NCBI GenBank assembly: GCA_051294375.1
Contig: CM119265.1
Location: forward strand, 28,916,540-28,980,539
DNA from: Paraspadella gotoi
Lineage: Eukaryota; Animalia; Chaetognatha
DNA: 64,000 nucleotides
Reading direction: 5' to 3'
Shown: positions 31,168 to 41,900 of the stretch, piece by piece
Layout: every line of letters begins with the position of its first letter
Position numbering within the stretch: the stretch's first letter is position 1
Program-made: the position numbers and the translations under genes
Notes under the pieces: generated by a model
The model's database searches: none
What the model saw: the letters and a program-made list of their open reading frames with translations, nothing else
What the model was told of the DNA's origin: nothing

Positions 31168-33983
31168 TAATAGCAATAATAACAGAATAACTACATTTGA
31201 TTACATTCGAAAAAACATATATACTTTTTATAGTAGTAATAGACAACTAATTAACAACTTTAATTGATTTTTTGCCCTGACCCAAAAGGCTCAGAGCTTA
31301 TCTTCTCCTCTCTCTTTGATGCCAACATATTTAACCAAATTTGCCTTCGTCAACAAAACACCGATGAGACTCTATTCACCGATTTTCATTTGAATGGAAA
31401 TCTTTTAAGTCAACGAATGAATTTTGTTCTTTTTGATTCCAATGTCTTCATCTCAATCGGAGGTCGTTTTGTCCAGATGGAAAGAAGGTTTAAAGGAGAG
31501 CTGCAAAACTTTGAGGCGTGGAAAGACATAATAGCTCCACCCAAAACTCAACAGACGTGCGTTAAAAACCCTCAGAACAATACCTCTATTTTTTCTTTCG
31601 TTGATCTCGCCACCGAAGCCACCTGGACTGGAAACATCGGGATAGAGTTTAAAGTCATCTGCGCCAGAAATTTGTCCAACTTCACTTTTAAAAAGAATAT
31701 GGCCTTGCGCTCGGAAGGAACGCCCACCGTCGTGACTCTACGGCGCGAAACAAAATTAAAATCCATCTGTTTCGTGTTGAGTCTTGAGACAAAAGATATC
31801 GTTAAGGTCATCAATCTCATTGGTAGCAGCATCAATATCTCGGTGACATTATCGCAGTTCCAATTGATTCTCTTCTTCAATGATAGCGTGGTCACCAACA
31901 CGTTGCTTAATCTCCAAAACGTCCACTATCCAGTCAATGATGTCGACGTTACTGCAATAAATCATTACTGCATCAACCTGTTTCGCACTGAAGGCTTCTG
32001 GTTTTCTGTACCATTTCAGATCTTCATCAATGGTCTCTTACGTGAGAGATCCTGCGTGGGTTCTGTCGATGATCCCGACGCTCAGCCTGAAGCTTGTTAT
32101 AACCCAAAAGATTTTACTCAACTGTTGAAGCGGGTGCAAGAAGAAGAGTTTAAAATTATCATCGGATCGCAGGATAAGTTCGATCGCCGCTCTGTTGTTC
32201 GCGCTGACGATAAAATGACTCTTATAGATTTTGCCATTTTTGATCAATGGTTGAATCCAAAGAGCATACAAAATCTTGCTAGGAGCCAGCGACAAAGTTT
32301 GAGTGAACCCACATTCGTACCAGTTTTGTCGATGAAGGTGAGCCTGAAATAAATTTACATCCTTCCTTTGCTGGCCATTTCTGCAATTATTTTCCGCTTT
32401 CTTCATCCCCATTAGGACGTATTCCTCGACTCTTCTTGGCACGGCTTTGCAACAACAACGACAAGGCCTTCTGACTTCCCCCGGCCACACCCTGGACAGG
32501 CGCGGGCGAGGTCATTGGTAGCAGGCGGCTTATCTTTGCCTGACCTTCATCTTCAATTTACGGATGCTCGCAATGGCAGTATTGTCATAGTTGATGAAAC
32601 GTTTCACTTCACTGTCAACTTTACAATTTGTGTGAACGTCTTCAACGTGACTTTCTTTGGCCCAGAAATTGGGGCGGAAGAGGTTTAGTGGAATACTTGT
32701 TATTTTGTATAATGTATATATTTATATTTCGGTTACTGAGTCTCTGCCGTTGTTCTTAACAGTAGTTGTCTGATATCTTCCTTGAGCAAAATAATTTTTA
32801 ATTTGACCAAATTTGTCAATTAAATATTCTGTTATTTTGTCTTTGGTGCCAAATTGTATGAGGCATATCACTATTGGCTTTGAGAGCTTTCGACCCTGAG
32901 TGACGGCACCTGTCACTGGTGCGGTTACCCTAGGACGGTTTCACTTTGCCCACACAGAGGGAAGTCGTTTGGACTTCAACACCCCTCAAACCCTCTTCCA
33001 GATCCTTCAACACCCCTGACTTCTCACCTCACTCCTTCAACACCCCTCAAACCTCTTCCATATCCTTCAAAACCCTGACCTCTCACCACAGTTCTTCTAA
33101 CACCTCTCAAACCCTCTTCCAGATCCTTAAACACCCCTGACCTTTCACCACACTCCTTCAACACCCCTCAAACCCTCTTCCAGGTCCTCACTCTCGCCTC
33201 AATTCGACCTTCCTCTGTTTCTCTCGATGGATACGAAGTTTCTCTCCGTGGAGATCGCCTCCTTATATTCCGTCCGTCGCTCGTTTTCTCAGGCGACATC
33301 TTTAGGATAAAATTAGACACCGACGTCGCTCACAGGTTAATTTCAATTTTAATTGATAAAAATGTTATTGGTAACAGGGATAACTCGATAATTTTATAAA
33401 ATTTTAAGAAAAATATTTTTATGTTGTATATAAATTTAATTTAACTTTTTTACTACCAAAATTTTGTATCGTATCTTTTCATTGCGTTTGATAGTAGCAT
33501 TAAATGAACAATTTGTTTTAAGCAAAAAAACAAAACAAAAAACAACAACAAAGTCTAATGCTATAAAAATGTTTAAAAAAGGTCCAATTGAATATAAGCT
33601 TGAAAGCTTGAAAACTTCCAGGGACCTGTTATGTCAATACCTTGTAAGAGTGATGGAGGCCTTAAACCACGAAAGCCTGTCCAAAGTCAAGGGCAAAATA
33701 GCTTATTTAAATGGATATTTTTTATATTGGTTATACCAATTTCATAATAGTTTTTTAAATTTATTGTGTTTGTAAAAAAATGTTCATCATTTTCTATGCC
33801 TCGAGGGTCTCGCGTTCGATTAGTCGGCCGTAGGTTGAACTGGTTTTAACATAGAGCATGGAGCAAGGACCGGATCGGACTTTAAATATATCTTCCGAAT
33901 ATAAAAACAGTTTCATTTAAAGTCAACCTTAATTCCTACTACATTGACTAATATTGGTTCTTCCACAGTGTCTGCTTTGTGGT

Positions 33984-34027
<44 letters not shown>

Positions 34028-34978
34028 TGAAAGCCTTCGTCGACGGAGCACCTCGAGTCAACGACTGCGACTATAAGCCTTCACGTTTAGATCCGACGAA
34101 GCGGCCTTGTCTGCGGACGGAGATGTGGAGCAGGCCAGTGGGAGAAAAAGGAGGAATATTCGTTTGGGGTAAGAAGGGTCAATCACAAAAATTAATTTAA
34201 TTATAATTATATATGTGTTTTATTCGGTTACAACAATTAGTCGAAACGAAAGGGTTAACAGAGTAACAGATACACACAACAATTGTATGGTTTTACTATT
34301 TAGCAAAATATAAATAAAAAATTAGCAGAAGGAAAAAATAAGAAATGAACTATAAGCTGACAAGATTTTTTTAATGTTTCTAAAGGAAAACGGCATAGAT
34401 TCAAAGTTTTTTTTAGATCTACAATAAACAATATAAAATATAAATATTAAATAATTTTGATAATAAATAAATAAATAATCCACTTAAAAAAAACATTCTA
34501 TACAACTAATTGAAAGTGACTAGTAATCAATCAATTGTTAATAAATGTCTTTATTAATACGTTTATAAATATGTTAATATATTCATAATAATCAATCAAA
34601 ACAACCAATCGACAGTCTTAACAATTACTCAACCAATCGATCATACAATTCATACATAGCTATCAATAGCAATCAATAAATCAAACAAGCAATAATCCAA
34701 TTAATTAACCAATCAAATCAAAATCAAAATAAGGTCAGCGACAGAATTTCTTTCCCGCCGGCGATTTCGACGTCAAGAAGAGTTTCGCCGGCGTCATGAG
34801 CGCGCCCAAGATTTGGCGCCGGGCGCTGAGCGATGCCGAGGCGCGTCGGGTTACATCCGGGGCCGGATGCGGCGCCGGGACAGATCCGGCGCCGGATATT
34901 GGCGCCGCGGAGGCGCTGGAAGGATTGTGGAGCGGAGACGTGAATGGGTCGGAGGGATGCGGGGAGAGAAGGGAATAG
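25603..34978 (+). CDS. XK-related-like 5-TM membrane protein with a large C-terminal region containing three pentraxin/LamG-like domains (~1,530 aa, 17 exons)
   Basis: Exons 25603-25645, 26445-26879, 27163-27280, 27472-27628, 28082-28402, 28474-28587, 28752-28912, 29164-29436, 29557-29723, 29846-30166, 30334-30626, 30704-30992 (donor non-canonical), 31289-32337, 32416-32682, 33184-33335, 33969-34168 and 34734-34978 are phase-consistent. TM motifs ILIDTISDFLLAF and LIEVTVEDLPQIII. Pentraxin-type ends IDAFYIWNRVLTRKEL, LIDFAIFDQWLNPKSI and GGIFVWGQRQ...FDVKKSFAGVMSAPKIWRRALSDAEA. Exon 1 is the least certain. Confidence 0.8.
26063..26108 (-). ncRNA. Degenerate minimal type I hammerhead ribozyme motif (Penelope/retrozyme-type repeat relic)
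   Basis: Minus strand reads GACG-CCGAAGA-A-GGCTT...AAGCC-GAAA-CATG-TC-TGTC: stem I (GACG/TGTC), core CUGANGA with a U-to-C change, stem II, GAAA, short palindromic stem III and a GUC cleavage triplet. Confidence 0.5.
26871..27030 (+). repeat. 29-bp minisatellite (~5.5 copies) containing a splice donor
   Basis: Unit TGAATCTGGGTAAGCTGTGGATTCACTGA starts at 26871, 26900, 26929, 26958, 26987 and 27016. The first copy provides the exon 2 donor G|GTAAGC. Confidence 0.9.
31085..31165 (+). repeat. (AAT)n microsatellite
   Basis: Pure AAT run in an intron of the pentraxin-domain gene. Confidence 0.95.
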
Positions 34979-35361
34979 AAAATGGAGTTGATTTAATTTA
35001 TTTATTTATTTATAAATTTAGCTATTGGATTACTTTACTCAATTATTCTCTTCCTATGAATGAAGCTTACTTTAAAAGAAAGCAACGTAGTTTAGATTTC
35101 TGTACTTTCAATATGATTTTTTTCGTCATCGTTCAAATGTAAATAAAAAGTTAAAGAATAATTCAATCTTTTGTTTTAAATTGCTATTCCACTTGTTCCC
35201 GCTAGGGGAACTTTATTTCAAAGAAAGGACCTACGCCTTTTGTTTCTGTATCCTTGGTAACGTAGCCACCGACCACATAGACAATTCAAAGGAAACAACG
35301 GATACAATAAAATGCTTGATGAATTAATTAACAAATAGTTAAATGTAAATAATAAAGTAAA

Positions 35362-35868
35362 ATGGCGGAAGCTCTGTCTCATTTGTACGACTGGGGTCCA
35401 GGGAGAGAATCTCTTCATTGGGAAGCGAGAAGGAGACAAAGAACTGAAAACAAGAGAGAAGAAGCGAGACAAGTAAAGAGCAAAATGTTTTATTCTTTGT
35501 TTTTTTTAATAATGCAATGTTTATTTAATTTGGTTTTTAGGCCAACGCGGACGCTGAGAGTCAAGATGCCGCCAAAAATATTAATCTTCGCTCTCAAGAA
35601 CATCTAACGAAAACATATTTACTCGCTAATCCAAAAATATCTGCCTTGTGAGTCGTTTTGATGTCTTTGTAATTGAAAAGTATAAAAGTTATTAATTTGA
35701 TTTTACAGGGAAAGATCGACAGGGCAAAACGGGACTGGATGGAGTTCAAAAGTTCCTCGTCGACTAAATGTAAATCCTTCATAATTAATACAATGAAAAA
35801 AATGACTAACAATTAATACATTCATTATTAAAATTTGCCAGAACAATACATACTTGATGCAATGGTGA
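35362..35868 (+). CDS. Small 4-exon gene, ~101 aa, unknown function
   Basis: Exons 35362-35472, 35541-35647, 35709-35769 and 35842-35868, separated by short GT-AG introns, give an open frame MAEALSHLYDWGPGRESLHWEARRR...GTGWSSKVPRRLNNNTYLMQW*. AATAAA lies near 36000. Confidence 0.7.
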
Positions 35869-36115
35869 AAATCTTGGACACATTCTGCGAACGTGAAACA
35901 GTTTCACTCAAGACTCACTCTTTTCACTTGACTAATTTAAAAAAAAATTATAAAAGAAATCTGTTTTACTCGAAAAATTTAAAGCGAGTCTTTACCAAGA
36001 ATAAACAATGGAGTAGAACAAAAGGGGTTTTGTGCCCTTAATTTCGGGGCTAGGGTGTTTCATTTTTCTAATTTTTTTTGTTTTATTTTATTTTTTTTTA
36101 ATCTTGAAATATGAA

Positions 36116-37814
36116 ATGGGTGACGTGTCGAATTCTGGACTGCGGAATTCCGAAGGCGAAATAGATGAAGGTCGACGGGGAGAGAGAGAGAGTGAGTGAG
36201 AGAGAGAGAGAGAGACGCACCAGTCGTAGACAAAGAACAGATATATAGTAGACCTTGCCAGAAAATTTGAAATTTGTGATCCTGCTTAGTAGTATGGCTT
36301 AAAACGAGCTTCATATATGCGCGGATATTTTACAATATTCCTTTTTTATTATGGTAAATGCTGCCAACTTTTCAAAAAATGCTATCTAGAAGGGCATTAA
36401 GTATACTCAAACGAAACCAGTTTTAATCATTAAAGCGTAAAAAACTGTACATGTTGGACACCTTGATGAATTAAGTGCATTTTCTATTAAATGGGGATTT
36501 TTTAATAATCGATATTTCGTATTTTTCATCAATATAAAAAGGTTATCTTATCATCTTATAAAAAGGTTATTTTTTAATATTTTTAAAAAGCTGGCTTTGT
36601 TAATTTAGGTAACTCTTTATATAGATATATGGCTAATTCTTTTTTAAAAAAGGAATATTGTAAAATATCCGCGCAAGTATGAAGCTCGTTTTGAGCCCTA
36701 CTACTAAGCTGGATCACAAACTTCAAATTTTCTGGCAAGGTCTAATATATAGGCAGTCAGAGAGACAGCTACAGTCAGAAAGATATACGGACTGAACAGA
36801 CGAAGAGAAAAATAAATATGGGGACATACAGACATGGAGACGACTACAGTTCAAAGATAGAGAACGATCAGTCTTTTCTCACAATTCCAGACAACTCTGT
36901 CCCTCGCTGGTTCGATCAACCAGTGATTCTTTCTCAAGTCTTCGAAAATTTCACGAGTGCAGAACTCGGGATTTTAGCTCAGGTGAAGTAAGATTAATCA
37001 TATTCGTGGAATTTACTAGAATTTGAAGTGACTTAAGAAATTGATACAACCAATATAAAAAATTATTCATTCATTTATTAAATAAGCTCTCTTGCCCCTT
37101 ACTTTGGAAAGGCTTGGGTGGTTTAAGGCCTCCATCACTCTTACAAGATAATTAAATAGCATGTCCCTGCAAGTTATCAATCAAGACTCTCTCACAGTCT
37201 CTTTTATGCATTCCCAAAGTGTAATATGGTCCTGGGATCTAACCAATTTTGTCTGATAATAAATTTACTTTTGGCGCAAATTGAAAAAGTCACGCAATGT
37301 GAAACAGTCTTTCTCGGCTAAATTATGTTACGGCTTAGAATTATGGTTAGAGATCTTGTTACAAGTTTAAAATATATATTTAGGCAATATATTTGTTTCT
37401 ATTCATTCTTTTCCTTGCGTGTTTAGAATTAAAATTTAAATAATAACAATTTTCGTTTTGTTATCTGACAACGAATTTATTAATAACAATAAAAATAAAT
37501 TCGTTGTCTGAAAACAAAAAAACAAATTTTCTCATTTAATCTTAAATTAAGGTAAAATATTTAATTAAAAATTAAATTCTGGGATAAAAAACAGAAACGG
37601 GGCGCTCTCAGTAAAAAGAGCTAAATTATAATGAAGAATTATAAGAAGTACCCTATCAACAATTTCTATGATATCCGCTTAGCTTTCTTTCCACCAGGTG
37701 TCGCGCGCCTGGCGAGCGGAAGTGATGCGTCGGCGTCGTGTTGGCGTGGCTGTTAGGGTTACGTGTGGACCCCCGCCCAACGCTGACCTTTCATTTCCGC
37801 AGATTTTGGATAGG

Positions 37815-37882
<68 letters not shown>

Positions 37883-38822
37883 TTCCTTCCAGAGAATCCT
37901 GCATTCGCTTTATGCGTCGTCATTTTCTCGAGCGGTTCGTCCACTTCGAAAATCTTTGGCTTCCACCTGGAAATTCTCTTCAAGAAATTTTTGGCGAGTC
38001 TTTATTTGAAGGTGAAAACAATTTATGTCTTTTAACGTTAAAATATTTTTATTGAAATTGAATCATTTCTATATTTGATTATAGATTTATTTATATAATT
38101 TAATCACCACGCTCGCCAATACGGTAAGCGTCCATGACTTATGAAATTGGTACAACCAATAAAAAATTATCCATTCATTTAATAAAGAAGCTATAAGCTA
38201 TATATCATTAGGCAAATAAAAACCAAATATCAAAATGTTAATTGCGCTTCGGGGCATCACAGGCAATTCACGGTCTTGACAAAAAAAATATTGTATGAGT
38301 CAATGGTTCGACTGAATCATTCATACATTTCTCAATTATTTCTTCGATTCTTTTATCACATAATTCTTTTATTTAATAATTCTTTTATTATTATATTTAT
38401 TTCTATTATTCATTCGTTCAGTCATTCGTTCTTTAATTAATTTATTCATTCATTCATTCATATTCATATTTCCAGAACTTCGTTCATTCATTGAATAATT
38501 CCTTAATTAATTCCTTATTCATTTATTTATCCCCTCAGGATTTGGGGGATTCATCTATTCATGATTTCCAGAACTTTGTTCATGCATTCATTCATTCTTT
38601 AATACTTTCCTCCATTAATTCATTTATTCCCTCAGGATTTTGGGCGACTTAGTTGGTTTATTCATTAATTCATTCATTTGTTCATTCATTCATTCATCTC
38701 CTCAGGATTTCCAGAACTTCGCCGTCTGGTGGTCGAGTCATGCGATGATGGAATAATTCAACTCGCGGCAGAAATGACAAGAATGTCGCCAAAGATTCAA
38801 GTGATTAAAATAAATAAACAAA

Positions 38823-38901
<79 letters not shown>

Positions 38902-38935
38902 ATGAATAAATGAATAAATAAATATAATAAACATA

Positions 38936-38978
<43 letters not shown>

Positions 38979-41900
38979 AAAAATAAATAAATAGATAAAT
39001 AAATATAATAAATAAATAAATAAATAAATAAATAAAATAACTAAAGATGATAAATAAATGATAAATAAATAAAAAATTATAATAAATAAATAAAGATGAC
39101 ATTGGTACAACCAATAAATCCAGGCAAATGATAGAAATATTGCAAAACATCGCAAGCTTTTTATACGAATGATAATTCAATTAGGATCATTTAATTACCT
39201 CATTTTTTCAAATATATTATTATGTCAGGAATTGTCTTTTTTCCGGATGCCGTGGGAACAAAATCTTTTGGAGATGACGGAGATCATAGTTGCGCTTGAA
39301 CAGGGTCAGTCAGTCTGTCTCTGGCTTGTCTGTTCGTGCTGGGAATTAATAATATTAAGTGGGATTGGAAAAACTTTGTTTTTTCTTTAATGACTTGCAT
39401 TGAAGCTAGACAGAAATAATTGTTATTAGTTAGTGAGAGAACCGTTCAATATAAGAAGTCCCTGAGCTTCGGATCAGGCAGTAACACTATGAAATCGGTA
39501 AAACTAATATAAAATGTATCCATTCATTTAATAAATAAGTTATATAAGTAACACTATGAAATCGGTACAACTAATATAAAAATTATCCATTCATTTAATA
39601 AATAAGTTATATAAGTAACACTATGAAATCGGTACAACTAATATAAAAATTATCCATTCATTTAATAAATAAGTTATATAAGTAACACTATGAAATCGGT
39701 ACAACTAATATAAAAATTATCCATTCATTTAATAAATAAGTTATATAAGTAACACTATGAAATCGGTACAACTAATATAAAAATTATCCATTCATTTAAT
39801 AAATAAGTTATCTTGCCCCGACTTTGGATAGGCTTTGTTACTGGCCTGTTTAACGCCCCCTCCCTAATTAACAGCGAAGCGGCCACCGGGCGAGAACCCC
39901 GATTCTTTGAGTTACAAGGCTAGACTAGCCTCCTGCACCAATAACTGCAGCATAACGGTGGGTGGATTTTAGTCCACCCTATTATCAATAATTCATGAAC
40001 TACTTTTTAATTTTTCTTTCAACAATTGCGATTTAATATGTTTTAATATTTTGTAATATGTGCGGTCATTCCTTTTATTCTACTCCTGTAGTACGAAAAT
40101 TAACTCCTCATTTTTTATTCACTCCTCTGAAACTCCTATGCAGCGCACGGGCTGCTCCGTTTCGCCTGTCAAACTGTTGTGCAGCGGAACGAACTCGGGC
40201 CGATTTTGGACGCGCTGCTGAGAGGAAGTGGACAAACGATCCAGCGACTTTGGATCGGGTGAAATTGAGGCACTATTGTCCGAGAACGACTCTTTCTCAA
40301 AGTTTATCCCTAACCCTAACCTAATATTTAATCTTATATAGTATATAATCCCTAATGCCTAATCCGACGAATCCCTAACTTTATGTTTATTAAACACTAA
40401 TCACAAACCATAATCGCTAACTGAAACTTTAACCAAATCCCTATCTTTGACCCTTAACCTAATTAATAAACTTAAAAACAAATTTAATTTTGAATCTTAA
40501 TTAAAATGGGGCACATCAGCTCAAGCTGAATACATTCAATGGGATTTATTATTACTTTATTAATTCATAGACCAACACCGATCAACACAGATGAAGTTTT
40601 GTTAAAGATAACACGTGAGTCTTTACATGTCTAAACAATACACTTTATATGTTGTAAGAGTCTACAAAGAATAGCAATAATTCCATATTTTTCATACAGT
40701 TTTCATTTTTAACGAAAATAAAAAAAGGATAAAGTTAGGTTTCCAATGAGTATTTAAAGTTTTGCCCTTAGAGACGTTAAAACTTTCAATTTGATTTCAG
40801 AACTATTATTAGCAATGGCTAATCTTATATATTATATATTTTATATTTTTTTGGAAATCCTTTATTTCGTTGTGTTTTAGATAGAGATAAAAACGATTTA
40901 TTTTCAGATAGTGTACATTTTTTGACTTCAATTTCAAGTCTTCATCAGCATCGAAACATCGAACATCGAAACATGTCCACTATCTGAAAATAAATCGTTG
41001 TTGAATCTAATTCAAACTTTTACTCTATATTATATATTATATTTTATATTTTCAGCAAATCATGTTATTTTAATTTTTTTAAAGTTTTTTTTAAACAGGT
41101 TTCCCGAGCTTGTGTTGGTTGACGCTGGATACTATGGTAAATTTGTTCATAGCTAATAATATTTTATAAAATAATGGATATTGTGGTAAATTTGTACAAT
41201 GTACATAGTTGATAATAATTCAGTTCATTAAAAATATTTTTTTTAATAATTTACCATAAATGCATATCAGAATGTGGCGGCATAGTTTTTTTCCAAAGCA
41301 TTTAATTAAATTAAACAATATTAAATTACTTAATCCATGTTCTCAAAATTGTGATTCAGTTGACATCGTCACAAGTTTTCAATCTGAGTCTTTATTCTTC
41401 AAAAACCATTTCACATCTGGAAATATTTGTCTTTTGGGAAGATTTTAATCTTTTGGCAAAATTTGAAAATCTCCAGGTTATTTGTTTAATTTTGTTTTCT
41501 CTTTATTTTTTGTCATTTCTTACTTATCTTTTCTTTCATCTATTCTCTTTTATTCTCTTTCTTACTTCTCTTATTGTTTCTTTCATCTACTCTCTTTTAT
41601 ACTCTTTCTTACTTTTCTTTTATTTTTTTCGTCTAATCTCTTTTATTTTCCTTCTGACTTCTCTCTTATTTCCTTTTTTAGTTCTGTTTTCTTTTACTTT
41701 CTTATTTTTACTTTCCTCTCTTTTCATTCTTTCTTACTTAACTTTTTCCCTTTTATCATTTCTTTTCTTCAAAACTTCTATTTTTATCTCTAACTTCTCT
41801 GTTCTTTTGCTCTCTTCTTTTTTCTTTTCTTTTAATCATTTTTCTTCTCTTCTCTTCCTCTCTTTTCTATTTTTAGTTTTTTTTTTTCAGTTACTTCGCG

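Noticed and set aside
37420-37580. Small palindrome GACAACGAATTTATT...AATAAATTCGTTGTC
   Set aside because: Probably a decayed MITE; ends and TSD cannot be defined.
39481-39811. 67-bp periodic array with CRISPR-like period
   Set aside because: Whole units are near-identical, so there are no spacers; it derives from the dispersed repeat.
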